DNA of 64,000 bases from an uncultured Planctomycetales bacterium (lineage in GTDB: Bacteria > Planctomycetota > UBA1135), in contig CAYFOM010000011.1 of NCBI GenBank assembly GCA_964344765.1, positions 42,951-106,950 of the forward strand, given 5' to 3'. Made by a program: the position numbers and the translations under genes. Of the stretch, positions 1-9,691 are shown piece after piece. The notes beneath the pieces are model-generated. The model ran no database searches, was not told where the DNA came from, and worked only from the letters and a program-made list of their open reading frames with translations. Position 1 is the first letter of the stretch; every line of letters starts with the position of its first letter.

Positions 1-1
1 A

Positions 2-163
2 GCCAAAGAACTGCTGCCGCCGCTGTTGGTTTCGCTGCACAACTTGCATTACATCCAAAGACTAATGCAACGCATGCGCACTGCCATCGCCGACGGCACC
101 TTCGACGTCTTGCGCCGTCAAATTCTCGATGCCTACTTGCCCGACCGCGCCGCCTCGGCTTGA
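2..163 (+). CDS. tgt: tRNA-guanine transglycosylase (queuine tRNA-ribosyltransferase), C-terminal fragment; 5' end is outside the window
   Basis: Frame 2 reads AKELLPPLLVSLHNLHYIQRLMQRMRTAIADGTFDVLRRQILDAYLPDRAASA*, matching the conserved HNLxYxxxLM...R.AI..G.F C-terminal helix of bacterial Tgt. Stop TGA is at 161-163. It is absent from the ORF track because no start lies in the window. Confidence 0.7.
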   Translation, partial: AKELLPPLLVSLHNLHYIQRLMQRMRTAIADGTFDVLRRQILDAYLPDRAASA

Positions 164-1887
164 GCCGGTGCACGTAACGCGCGAATGGCTTCAATGCCGA
201 CGCCCAAAGCGATTGCGACCAATGCAATTGCCAAGCTGAACAGCAACCATTGCTGTTGGTCTTTGAAGTCGACCAGCTTCAGGCTCAAGCTATAAAGCGT
301 CATCGCGATCATGTAAATCGCTGGAATGGCGAGAGGCCAATAGTTTCGCTTTCTCTGCTTCAGATACACCGTTGCCGTCAACAACGCCAAGCCGGCAATC
401 AATTGGTTGGTGCCACCAAATAGCTGCCAAAGCGCTAAGCCGGCGGGTTTGCCGTCGACTTCGTAGGTGGCAAAAAATGCGATCGAAACGCAAGCTCCGG
501 CGGTAGCCAAAAAGCGATTGCGCAGTAGCAATCCGGGCAGGCGCAAGCCGCGGAAACGCAGTAACGAATCGCCGATTTCTTCAATGTTGAAGCGCAGCAA
601 CCGGGTCGCCGAATCCAACGTCGTCAACGCGAACGAAACGACCACCATGGCGACCAAAGTAATCGCCAAGTCCGACGGCACGCCGAGCTCTTCGATGAAC
701 GAAGCCGAACCGCGAATGAAGACGCCGAGCTTTGCACCCAGTCCCTGCACCGCCGCCCAGTTGACGTACAACTTGGCCCACGCTTCTTTGCCGCCGAGCG
801 TGGTGGTGCATGCCAATACGGCAATTAATGCCAGCAGCGATTCGGCATTCATCGCGCCGTAACCGATGGGACGCGCATCGGTTTCTCGATCCAATTGCTT
901 TGCCGTGGTGCCGCTTCCGACCAGCGAGTGAAAACCGCTGGCGGCACCGCATGCAATGGTGATGAAAACGAAGGGCAAAATCGGAGGTGCACCGACCGGA
1001 TTGGGATTGATTGCCGGCGCGTCGAAGGTTGGTCCCATGAGGAAGAAACCGCCGTACATCAGCACCAAACCCAAGCCGAGCAACAGGGAGTTGAGGAAGT
1101 CGCGCGCTTGCAGCAGCAACCAAACCGGCAGCACGCTGGCGAGGTAGGCGTAAACCAGCAGGATCCAAACCCAGTTGTCGGTGCTCGGCCAAGCGCTGGC
1201 TTCCGACACCCCTACCGTCGGGTTCAGATAGCCCAGATAAATCAATCCCAATAAGCCCAAAAACGCCGGCACGGTGACCTTCGCCAGAGGCAGCTTTTTG
1301 ATGTACAGCAAATAACCGGCGCCCATCGCTAGCACCATCAAGCCGGCCGATGGCATCACCGCTTCGGGGAAGCTGGTTTTGGATTGACTCAGTGCTTCGG
1401 GGTTGAAGTCGGCGCCCCACGAAAACAGCAGCGTGATGACGTAAACGAACACGCCCATCGCCAAGGATACGCCGAAGAAAATCAGCGCCAGGAATAGGGC
1501 TTTGGCACGCGGACCGAGGATGTCTTCGCAAAGAGTGCCGATGCTTTTACCTTGGTGGCGCGCGCTCAACACCAACGCGGCGAAGTCGTGCACGCAGCCA
1601 ATCAAAATGGCGCCGAGCACCACCCAGCACAATGCCGGCAGCCAACCCCAGAACACTGCAACCGCCGGTCCGAGCATCGGCGCCAATCCGGCGATGGATG
1701 CGTAATGGTGACCGAACAGTACCTGCGGCCGCGTCGGCACGTAGTCGACGCCGTCTTCCAGCGTGTGCGCCGGAGTGCGCACATTGGGATCGAGGCGGAA
1801 AACTTTTTTGGCTAGCCAACCGCTGTAAAAACGATAGCCAAGTAAGTAGACCGCGAGTGCCGCTGCGGTGACGAGGGCGGCAGACAT
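133..1887 (-). CDS. cstA: Carbon starvation protein CstA family transporter
   Basis: 584-aa polytopic membrane ORF. The N-terminus LLGYRFYSGWLAKKVF, VDYVPTRPQVLFGHHYASIAGLAPMLGP and GAASGFHSLVGSGTTAKQL are CstA-family signatures. Confidence 0.85.
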   Translation of the reverse strand: MSAALVTAAALAVYLLGYRFYSGWLAKKVFRLDPNVRTPAHTLEDGVDYVPTRPQVLFGHHYASIAGLAPMLGPAVAVFWGWLPALCWVVLGAILIGCVHDFAALVLSARHQGKSIGTLCEDILGPRAKALFLALIFFGVSLAMGVFVYVITLLFSWGADFNPEALSQSKTSFPEAVMPSAGLMVLAMGAGYLLYIKKLPLAKVTVPAFLGLLGLIYLGYLNPTVGVSEASAWPSTDNWVWILLVYAYLASVLPVWLLLQARDFLNSLLLGLGLVLMYGGFFLMGPTFDAPAINPNPVGAPPILPFVFITIACGAASGFHSLVGSGTTAKQLDRETDARPIGYGAMNAESLLALIAVLACTTTLGGKEAWAKLYVNWAAVQGLGAKLGVFIRGSASFIEELGVPSDLAITLVAMVVVSFALTTLDSATRLLRFNIEEIGDSLLRFRGLRLPGLLLRNRFLATAGACVSIAFFATYEVDGKPAGLALWQLFGGTNQLIAGLALLTATVYLKQRKRNYWPLAIPAIYMIAMTLYSLSLKLVDFKDQQQWLLFSLAIALVAIALGVGIEAIRALRAPAQAEAARSGK

Positions 1888-1893
1888 GAAGTC

Positions 1894-3300
1894 TTATTCT
1901 TTGTCGCCGGCGCGCGGCATGACGCGCAGTTCCTCCACCGACAAGACTTGCAACTTGGGATCCGCCTGAGTGGGTCTCCAAGTTCCACGCACCGCGATTT
2001 CGCGGCCGAGGAAGTCCTTCAAGTAAAAGCGGCCGTCAAAGCTATGCAACAAGACTTCGCGCTTGCCGCGAACGGCGACAAACGGCGTTTCCGGGTATTG
2101 ATGGGGACGGTACTGCAAGTGGCCGACCCAGGCATAAGCACCTTTGCCACCTTCAGGAATGATTTGCTCTTCCTTCTTCACCGTGGCGCTGGCGTTGCGG
2201 CTGGACAGCTCCTCCTGCAACGCTTCTTTGCGCTGTTGCGCGTCCATTGCCGACCGATGAAAACGGCGCAATGCATCGGAGCGCGTCAAACCTAAGCGCG
2301 CGCTTGCGATCATTTCGGCGTCCTTCTGCTGCAACATAATCTCGGTGAAGACCCACTCGCAGTTGGCGACAATAGCTTCGACGAAACGCTGCGGTTCGGC
2401 GGTTACTTCTTTGGCATGCTCATCCAAATTGGCGCGCGCAGCCTTTAAAGCCGCCGGAACATCTTTGGCATAAGCCTTGGCATCGACCAGCTTTTTCAAC
2501 ACCGGCGAAGGCTTCGCTCCGGGAGTGCGCGGCGAAACATGCTTGGCTCCGCTACCGGAGTCCACCACCGATTCACTAGCGCTGGCGCTCTGGTTGGAGC
2601 TTTGCGACGACTCCGATTTGCTCGAGTCGCTAGTCGTCTGCTTGGCCGAATCCTCAGCCGAGCCCTTTACCACTTCGCCACTGGTCTTCGCCGACGTCAC
2701 CTTTTCGCCACTACCGGCATCACCGCCGCCTTCGTCCTTGCTGGCCGGTTTTTCATCCAACACCACCGGCTTAGCCGTCGCCAAAATCCGGTTTTTACGC
2801 TTCTCGGCTGCAGCTGCCCACTGCTGCTTCCAATCTTTCGGCGTCGCCGCATAAATCTTCAGCTCCTTGGTTGGCACCCAAGCACCCAAGTCCTCTGGCG
2901 CCAGCACCTTCAGCCAATCGTCCTTGCGATCCAACACCGGCAACCGCTGATCCTTCTTCAACTTACCCACCGGATGAGAATTGCCGGCCGTCGACGGCAT
3001 CGGTCGGGCGCGCAGCCGCGAGGTTTGCACGACTGCCGTTTGGCCATCCATGGTGACAAAATCCTTGTGCACCCAAACCACCAGTCCACCCGGAATCTGC
3101 ACCCGTGACCACGGCACGTTTTGGTGCACCACGTTGACCGGCGTGCCCGGGTCCAGCTTCACCAGCACCGGAGTCTTACGGTCGTAGAACGGGCGGATTT
3201 CCGCCGCTTGCTCGGCAGCTACTACCGCCGCCTGCGGTTCGGTAGCTTGGCTTTGCGCCGGAGTGAAAAGGAAAAGGGCAGTGAGGCTTAGCGTCAGCAT
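1894..3300 (-). CDS. Secreted protein with two bacterial SH3-like domains, a Ser-rich linker and an unknown C-terminal domain
   Basis: Signal peptide MLTLSLTALFLFTPAQSQA. There are two SH3b-like segments (VLVKLDPGTPVNVVHQNVPWSRVQIPGGLVVWVHKDFV; GKLKKDQRLPVLDRKDDWLKVLAPEDLGAWVPTKEL). AGGAG lies 6 nt upstream of the ATG. The stop is 6 nt before the cstA start, so the two are probably co-transcribed. Confidence 0.55.
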   Translation of the reverse strand: MLTLSLTALFLFTPAQSQATEPQAAVVAAEQAAEIRPFYDRKTPVLVKLDPGTPVNVVHQNVPWSRVQIPGGLVVWVHKDFVTMDGQTAVVQTSRLRARPMPSTAGNSHPVGKLKKDQRLPVLDRKDDWLKVLAPEDLGAWVPTKELKIYAATPKDWKQQWAAAAEKRKNRILATAKPVVLDEKPASKDEGGGDAGSGEKVTSAKTSGEVVKGSAEDSAKQTTSDSSKSESSQSSNQSASASESVVDSGSGAKHVSPRTPGAKPSPVLKKLVDAKAYAKDVPAALKAARANLDEHAKEVTAEPQRFVEAIVANCEWVFTEIMLQQKDAEMIASARLGLTRSDALRRFHRSAMDAQQRKEALQEELSSRNASATVKKEEQIIPEGGKGAYAWVGHLQYRPHQYPETPFVAVRGKREVLLHSFDGRFYLKDFLGREIAVRGTWRPTQADPKLQVLSVEELRVMPRAGDKE

Positions 3301-3404
3301 GGCGAACTCCTAGTGGTGCCCAGTTTAGCCATTCAGACCGGCCGAGTTCAGCAATTCGCCGACGGGATCGCCGCGCCGTCGGTGCCTGCTAAACTTCCCC
3401 CATC

Positions 3405-4730
3405 TTGGACCCCTACCTTGCACTCCTACTTGGCTTGATCGGCGGCGCGGCGGTTTGCTGGCTGGCGGTGCGCGGCAAAATCACCAGCGCGCACACGCAG
3501 GCCGAGGAGCAGCGGCGGCAGAAGGAAAGCGCGGCCGAACAGTTGGCTGCCCAACAGGTGGAATGGGTCGAATCCAAAGCCCAGCTCAGTGCCCAGCTGG
3601 AAGCCGCCAACAGCACGCTGGACGAGCGCACCCGTCATTTGGCCGACCTCAATGCTCAGCTGGAGAAGTTGCGAACTTCCTATCAAGAGCAATTGCAGCA
3701 GTTGGGCACGCAGCTGGGTGACAAATTGGGGGAAAAATTCCGTCTGCATGCCGACGCCACGCTGAAGAAGCAGGAGACCGACTTTTTGCAGCGCGCCGAG
3801 CAAAAGCTCAAGCCGTTGGATGAGTCGTTGAAGGACCTACGCGACCGCACCGACGAGTTGGAGAAAGCCCGCGCCAAGGCAATCGGTTCCCTGGGTCAGC
3901 AGCTTTCCGATTTGTCGCAGGTCACAATCTCGCTGCGCAGTCAGAGTGAGTCGTTAGCCACCGCATTGCGCGGCAGCAGCAAAGCGCGCGGCCAATGGGG
4001 CGAAACCACGCTGCGCAATTTGGTCGAAATTGCCGGCTTGGTGGAGTACTGCGATTTTCAAGAGCAAAGCGCCAAAGGCCATGACGGCTTGCGCCCGGAC
4101 CTGCTGGTGCGCCTTCCCGGGAAAGAGTTTATTCCGATCGATGCCAAGGTTTCGTTGGCGGCGTACATGGATTACGTCAACGCCAGTGAGGAGACTGAAA
4201 AAGCCAGTCACTTGCTGAAACACGCGCAGGATGTGCGGCAGCATGTGCGCACGCTGGGCGGCAAAGATTACGCCAAGCATGTAGAAGGCGGCATTGATTT
4301 CACCGTGCTTTATTTGCCCGGCGATCACTTTTTGGATGCCGCCTTCCAGCACTTCCCGCAGTTGCAAGAAGAAGCGCTGGCGAAAAAGGTTTTGATCGCA
4401 ACACCGGTAACGCTGTTGGCGTTATTGAAGACGGTGCAATTGGTGTGGCGAAATGAACGCGTTTCTAAGGATGCGCAGAAGATTAAGGATGCCGGCGTTG
4501 ACTTACATAATCGCGTCAAGAAGTTCGCCGAGTATTTAGACACCATGGGCAAGCGCTTGGAATCGACGACCAAGGCTTACAACCAAGCGCGCAATAGCTT
4601 CAACTCGCGCTTGCTGCCCAAGGGCCGCGAGATCTCTAAGTTGACCGTGCAAAGCCAGGAAAGCGAACAGCTCTCCGAACTTAAAGAAGTCAAGACGGTG
4701 CCGAGTTTGCCGGCCGACAGCGACGATTAA
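3405..4730 (+). CDS. rmuC: DNA recombination protein RmuC
   Basis: N-terminal TM helix, a long coiled coil, then the RmuC nuclease-like core (GQWGETTLRNLVEIAGL...RPDLLVRLPGKEFIPIDAKVSLAAY...VLYLPGDHFL). The start is TTG at 3405. Confidence 0.85.
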   Translation: MDPYLALLLGLIGGAAVCWLAVRGKITSAHTQAEEQRRQKESAAEQLAAQQVEWVESKAQLSAQLEAANSTLDERTRHLADLNAQLEKLRTSYQEQLQQLGTQLGDKLGEKFRLHADATLKKQETDFLQRAEQKLKPLDESLKDLRDRTDELEKARAKAIGSLGQQLSDLSQVTISLRSQSESLATALRGSSKARGQWGETTLRNLVEIAGLVEYCDFQEQSAKGHDGLRPDLLVRLPGKEFIPIDAKVSLAAYMDYVNASEETEKASHLLKHAQDVRQHVRTLGGKDYAKHVEGGIDFTVLYLPGDHFLDAAFQHFPQLQEEALAKKVLIATPVTLLALLKTVQLVWRNERVSKDAQKIKDAGVDLHNRVKKFAEYLDTMGKRLESTTKAYNQARNSFNSRLLPKGREISKLTVQSQESEQLSELKEVKTVPSLPADSDD

Positions 4731-4738
4731 AAATCGCT

Positions 4739-5812
4739 TTATTCGGCTTCCTTGACACCCAAATCAACTTTGCGCGATTTCTTGACCTTTGGCGGCTTGG
4801 GGATCTTGGCCCAATAATCACGGAAGGACTGCTGCAGATCGCCGTCGAAGTTGGCCAGCGCAAGCTTTGCCGCAGTATCGGCGGGAAGCTTGTAATTGCC
4901 CCCTAACTCCGGATATTCGTCGTAGCACTTTTGCATCGCAAGCGCGAAGTGATGAAAGAACTTGGGCTGCGATTCCAACGCAAAAACTGCAAACCCATAA
5001 CTTAGGTGAGCAAGGTCGTCTTGATAGGGATTGGCCGCATAGCTCCAAAGATCTTCTAAGCCGTGCTTGTTGACCATGTTTTGCGTCGACGCCCCGCGCC
5101 AGCCACTGTGCGATGCACGCAGTACAAAGCCGTCACGATACCAATTGGCCCAGATCTCTCCGTAAGTCATCTCCTCCATCGCACAGGCGACGCCTTCGGT
5201 CAGCCAAAGCGGCAAGTAGCTGTAACGCCGATGCATTTCCAAGTGAGCAATGCTGTGCGCAGTGGAACGATCTAAACGCGATTCAACTTGCACTTTGACG
5301 TCGTTGAAATTGACGGTGAGCTTGGCTGGGTACAAGGTAAAACCAGTGCCACTGCGTGACCTCTTCAAGTAGTCCTGCAAGTAGTCCGGAGCTACGGCAA
5401 GGATCTCGTCGACCAACGCGTGGTAGGCCGCTTCTTTTTGAATGAGCACCACATCAAAGGGATGGTCTTCGCGCACCCAACGGGTAATGTTCGGCTCGAC
5501 GTAATCCCCTAGCGCCCAGGAGAATGTCGCCAAAATTTCCTCGCAGGCTTTGACCGCTTTTTTGGGCTCGCGACTGCTCTTGAAATCGCTATGCAAGCGA
5601 AAGCGATCCATTTTGCCGTTATATGTCTTGACCTTGTTTTTTTTATTCGCCAAGAAGCGATTCAAAGCCTCGCGTACTAAACGCGCCTCCTTGACCTGCG
5701 GGTGCTCCTGATTCATCACCACAGGCTCGGCCTTCGGTGTGGCGGTACTGGGCGGCGGCGGCGCAACCCCTTGCATACAAAAAAGCAATGTGGCGGTCAG
5801 CATGGCGGACAT
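4739..5812 (-). CDS. Secreted DUF1570-like (gluzincin-like) protein; the metal motif reads HSIAH rather than HExxH
   Basis: Signal peptide MSAMLTATLLFCMQGVAPPP. The segment AHSIAHLEMHRRYSYLPLWLTEGVACAMEE resembles the H-x-x-x-H ... P-x-W-x-x-EG-x-A core I associate with DUF1570. The family assignment is from memory only. Confidence 0.45.
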   Translation of the reverse strand: MSAMLTATLLFCMQGVAPPPPSTATPKAEPVVMNQEHPQVKEARLVREALNRFLANKKNKVKTYNGKMDRFRLHSDFKSSREPKKAVKACEEILATFSWALGDYVEPNITRWVREDHPFDVVLIQKEAAYHALVDEILAVAPDYLQDYLKRSRSGTGFTLYPAKLTVNFNDVKVQVESRLDRSTAHSIAHLEMHRRYSYLPLWLTEGVACAMEEMTYGEIWANWYRDGFVLRASHSGWRGASTQNMVNKHGLEDLWSYAANPYQDDLAHLSYGFAVFALESQPKFFHHFALAMQKCYDEYPELGGNYKLPADTAAKLALANFDGDLQQSFRDYWAKIPKPPKVKKSRKVDLGVKEAE

Positions 5813-5882
5813 GGCGAGGTTTTATACGGGAAACCGCCCTCAGTAACTTTACCAAGGGCGGTCGTGAACAGATTGTAACCGC

Positions 5883-8800
5883 TTAGTTGCGACCGTCCAA
5901 ATGCTGGCGGATGCGCTCTTCCAGCTCGGCATTCTGCGCTTGCAGCTCAGCCATCAGCTTTTCAGTTTCCTGATTGCGTTGCTCCAAATGATGCAACTCC
6001 TGGTGCAGTAAGGTCAAGCGGCGAGACTGCTCGATCAGCTGCCAGAGCTCATCGCTAGGCGGTTGGAATTGAACCAAACGACGGGTTTCGGTGATCAAAG
6101 TGCTCAATTCGCGCACTTTTTCATCGCCGGCCAACTCCCCAGCCAAACGCTGGGCCGCAGCTTGCAGCACCAAGTAGCTATCACCGCGTACGTGATAGCT
6201 ACGACGCATGAACTCGGCGTATTGCGCGGTGACCGCCGCCAAGCGGAACTGCGGAGCGGTTTTCTGCCAATCGCTTTGAACCTGAGCCAGATCAATGGCA
6301 AACGGTTGCTCGACGGCAGCAATCACACCAGTGTCGGGCGAAGGCTCGGCACCATCCGGCTTCCAGCGCAAGCGCACCGTCGCCAAGCTTCCCTCAGAGC
6401 CGGCGTCGACGGGATCCTTCAACTGAACTTCGTACAGCGCAATGATTTCGTGACCGGCACCGACTTCACCGGCATCGACACGATCATCGCGGAACTGGTG
6501 ATCCTGCAACGAACGGTTCTCGTAACCGATCTGGCGCCAACGCAACACATTTGCCTGATTGAATTCAACCTGAATCTTGACGTCACGCGCAATGGTCTGC
6601 ATCGTGCCGGAGAATCGATCGATGAAGACGTGCTTGGCTTCATCAAAGTCATCGACGTAGTGGCAAGAGCCATCGCCCTTGTTCGCCATTTGCTCCAAGA
6701 ACACATCATTGTGGTTATTCATGCCCACACCAATGGTGGTCAAGTCAACCTGACGCGCAGTGAAGTCGGCAATGCGATCCAAGATGCGCTGCTGATCGGT
6801 TTCACCGGTATTGGCAACACCGTCCGACGCCAACACCACACGGTTGGTAGCGCCTTCCTGGTAGTTGCGCGACAGCATCTCGTAGCCCAAGTACAACCCT
6901 TCGGCCGCATTGGTCGAACCGCCCGGCTCCATCTGACGCAAGGCTTCGCGCAGTTTCCACCGCTCGGCACCCTTGGTTGATTCCATGACGATGTGACCGC
7001 TGGAATCAAAGCTGACAATGCCGACGCGATCATCTTCGCGCAACTGATCGACCAACAATTCCAGCGAACGCTTGACCAGTTCCATGCGGTTGTTCTCGCG
7101 CATCGAACCGGACTTATCGATGACAAACACCAAGTTCAGCGGCTTGCGCTCGACTGCACTGATTTCGCGACCTTTGACGCCAACCTTCAGCAGAATGTTG
7201 TCACTGCCTTCGGTGAACGGCGTCGGCGCGGCTTGCATGTGCACGGCGAAGTCTCCCTCACTCGGCGGCGTCAAGTTGTGGTCGAAGTAGTTCAAGAACT
7301 CCTCACTGCGAATCGCAGCTCGCGGAGGAAGCTTGTTGTCGGCCAAATACTTGCGCGCCAACGGATAGCTGGCGGTATCGACGTCGATGGCAAAGGTGCT
7401 GAGGTTGTCCTGAGCGTTGGCTACGAACGGGTTGTCGCCGTAGTAACGGAAGAACATGTCGCGCGGCGATTCATTGCTTTCGATCGGTCGCAGGTAATCC
7501 ACCACGCGGGTGTCGTGGTAAGTGCGTCCATAACCATCGCAGACGATGATGCGCGGTTCGCCGCCACTGCGACGGAAACGCTCGGCATTCTCAAAGTAGT
7601 AACCGGTGGGCTCCTCGAGAGTGGAATCTGGGATTACCAATTCCAATTCTTCACCGAAGGTCGGGACTGGCTTTCCATCGTGATCCAGGTAACCGAGGTC
7701 TTTCAGCTCCTGAAACTCAAGCGCGCGAGTATCAACCACACGACCGAGCTTTTCGGTACCTGCTACATCACCGGCAACATTGCCACTGGCCTCGCCGCGC
7801 TTGGCTGCTTTGGCGTCGTCGCCGGCACCGCGGCCACCGCGATCGCCGTATTTACCACCTATGCCCCCGCCAACTCCGACTGCGTTATTCCACGCTTCGC
7901 TGTCGAAAGCAGCGTCCGTGCTGAAGTTGGGATCGGCCGCAGATTCCAGTGAAGGCTTCTCCTTAACCGGAGGCGGCGGACTCGCTGGCGTAGTTGCACT
8001 TCCCGGTGCAGCTGGAGCAGCCGGTGTCGACGGCGCGCCGGATGCCACCGGAGGCTTCTTCCCCGGAGGAACCGAATCGCCCGGACCCACGTAGGTTCCG
8101 CCGGCACTCTTGGCCTCATCATGCAAAACCATGCCGACGGTGGCCTCTTGTTGTGGCAAGTTAATGGCTTCGAGCAAATCGGCTTGCGTATAGCCCAGCT
8201 GCTCAATGGCCTTGCCATCCACATGAAGAATGGTGGCACCTTTGTCCTGACCCAAATAACCCAATTGGCTTTGCGCTTGCAGCGATTCGACCGCAGCCTT
8301 GTAGGCGGCGCGGTCCAAACCGTTGGAAGCATCGCCGGAATCAGCCGAACCACCGCGGAAACCGCGTGTTTGCAAGCGGGCTAAATCCACTTTGTTCTCA
8401 GCCTCTTCGGCAGGCGATCTGTCAATCCGCATTTCGATCGCATCTTGCTTCTTCGACCTGCTTTCGTTGTTGCTCTTCTCAGCGGAAGGATCCAAATAGC
8501 CGAAGCTCTCCAGCTTGATCATCTCCTTTTCGCTCAACGCCGCAGCAGTATCCGATTGATTCATCTCGACACTGTTCTGGCCTGGACCAAAGAGTAAAAC
8601 TCCAGCCGAAACCAAAGCCACTGCCGCCGCAGCCTTAAGCGCCGGGAAGCGCAAAATGCGGCCAGCAGCCGGTTGCGTTGGATTCGCTCCACTTACCGCA
8701 GCCGTATCCACCGCAACCGGCTTACTTCCAATTCGATCCGCCGCCGCCGCCCGCAACGCCTCGCGACGCTCGTCGGCCAACTCGCCGTTTTCGGTATCAA

Positions 8801-9017
8801 AAGCCGAACGATGAAGCAGACTCAAGGTCTCCTTTAACTGCTCCAGGCGCGCGGCCAAACCGGCATCCTGTTGCAATGCTTGTTCGACCGCAGCACGCTC
8901 TTCGGCGCCCAACTCATCGAACAAGTAAAAGCTCAATAGCTCTTCGGTAGTACGAGGTTCGCGCCCCTCGTTGGCGTGCTCGTCCATCGAGCCGTTGTTT
9001 TCCGCGTAATCACTCAT
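5883..9017 (-). CDS. Membrane anti-sigma factor fused to a YfbK-like extracytoplasmic module (vWA N-terminal domain + VWA + DUF3520-like) and a C-terminal coiled coil
   Basis: The N-terminus LSFYLFDELGAEERAAVEQALQQDAGLAARLEQLKETLSLL is anti-sigma-like. One TM helix (LKAAAAVALVSAGVLLFG). LSTFAIDVDTASYPLARKYL...AIRSEEFLNYF, then a VWA MIDAS motif (LVFVIDKSGSM...GSTNAAEG...LASDGVANTG). The gene lies 18 nt downstream of the ECF sigma gene. Confidence 0.7.
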   Translation of the reverse strand: MSDYAENNGSMDEHANEGREPRTTEELLSFYLFDELGAEERAAVEQALQQDAGLAARLEQLKETLSLLHRSAFDTENGELADERREALRAAAADRIGSKPVAVDTAAVSGANPTQPAAGRILRFPALKAAAAVALVSAGVLLFGPGQNSVEMNQSDTAAALSEKEMIKLESFGYLDPSAEKSNNESRSKKQDAIEMRIDRSPAEEAENKVDLARLQTRGFRGGSADSGDASNGLDRAAYKAAVESLQAQSQLGYLGQDKGATILHVDGKAIEQLGYTQADLLEAINLPQQEATVGMVLHDEAKSAGGTYVGPGDSVPPGKKPPVASGAPSTPAAPAAPGSATTPASPPPPVKEKPSLESAADPNFSTDAAFDSEAWNNAVGVGGGIGGKYGDRGGRGAGDDAKAAKRGEASGNVAGDVAGTEKLGRVVDTRALEFQELKDLGYLDHDGKPVPTFGEELELVIPDSTLEEPTGYYFENAERFRRSGGEPRIIVCDGYGRTYHDTRVVDYLRPIESNESPRDMFFRYYGDNPFVANAQDNLSTFAIDVDTASYPLARKYLADNKLPPRAAIRSEEFLNYFDHNLTPPSEGDFAVHMQAAPTPFTEGSDNILLKVGVKGREISAVERKPLNLVFVIDKSGSMRENNRMELVKRSLELLVDQLREDDRVGIVSFDSSGHIVMESTKGAERWKLREALRQMEPGGSTNAAEGLYLGYEMLSRNYQEGATNRVVLASDGVANTGETDQQRILDRIADFTARQVDLTTIGVGMNNHNDVFLEQMANKGDGSCHYVDDFDEAKHVFIDRFSGTMQTIARDVKIQVEFNQANVLRWRQIGYENRSLQDHQFRDDRVDAGEVGAGHEIIALYEVQLKDPVDAGSEGSLATVRLRWKPDGAEPSPDTGVIAAVEQPFAIDLAQVQSDWQKTAPQFRLAAVTAQYAEFMRRSYHVRGDSYLVLQAAAQRLAGELAGDEKVRELSTLITETRRLVQFQPPSDELWQLIEQSRRLTLLHQELHHLEQRNQETEKLMAELQAQNAELEERIRQHLDGRN

Positions 9018-9035
9018 GTTATTTCCCCTGGAACC

Positions 9036-9590
9036 CTAAATGGCCTCGGCCGCCCGCAGCCGATCGGTGAGATGGTTCATCGCCTGGTGCACCAACCAGC
9101 CAACCGTGCCGGTTTTGACGCCCAGCACCTCGGCGATTTGGTTGTAGCTCAAGCCTTGGTCGACCTTGAGGCGCAAAGCCTCGCGTTCGCGCTCCGGCAG
9201 GTTGTGCAACTCGCGCCGCAAAATGGCGCAGGTCTCCTGCTGCTCGCTGTGGCCGTCGGGAGGCAATGGTGGTTCAGGCACCCCGGCGCGCTCACGTCGC
9301 TTCATTTCTCGTGTTTCCATCTTGCTGTTGTCATAGGCAAGGTTGCGGCAGACACGGTAAAGCCAAGGTCCCAGCACTCCGTCGCTGCCGATGTCCGGCG
9401 TGCTGCGGATGAGCCGAATGAAGGTCTCCTGGACCAGGTCCTCCGCTGCCCCGCGATCACGCACAAAACCGCGCGCAAAACGGATCAGCGGCCCCTGGTA
9501 CCGCTCGACGATTAAGTCGAAGGCGTTGCTGTCTCCCTTAAGGAAAGCGTCAAGCAATAGGCCATCTTTGGATTCCTGCATTGAACTCAC
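9036..9590 (-). CDS. RNA polymerase ECF-type sigma-70 factor
   Basis: Region 2 (DLVQETFIRLI...PWLYRVCRNLAYD) and region 4 HTH (LSYNQIAEVLGVKTGTVGWLVHQA). 184 aa. Confidence 0.85.
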   Translation of the reverse strand: MSSMQESKDGLLLDAFLKGDSNAFDLIVERYQGPLIRFARGFVRDRGAAEDLVQETFIRLIRSTPDIGSDGVLGPWLYRVCRNLAYDNSKMETREMKRRERAGVPEPPLPPDGHSEQQETCAILRRELHNLPEREREALRLKVDQGLSYNQIAEVLGVKTGTVGWLVHQAMNHLTDRLRAAEAI

Positions 9591-9691
9591 GTGTAGGGAA
9601 CGACGGCCGCCTCCGGCCTTTGGGGAAATTTCGCCGCCGAAGCCTACCTGTTCCGAATGGACACAAGTTCGGCTGTCGGCCGCACCCTAGT

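Noticed and set aside
133-163. 31-nt overlap of the convergent tgt and cstA 3' ends
   Set aside because: Both reading frames are well supported. Short convergent overlaps are common in compact genomes, and no regulatory structure was evident.
2540-2760. Low-complexity Ser/Ala/Asp-rich stretch with long shadow ORFs on the plus strand
   Set aside because: It is the linker of the SH3-domain protein on the minus strand. The plus-strand ORFs (2477-2854, 2539-3108) are antisense artefacts.
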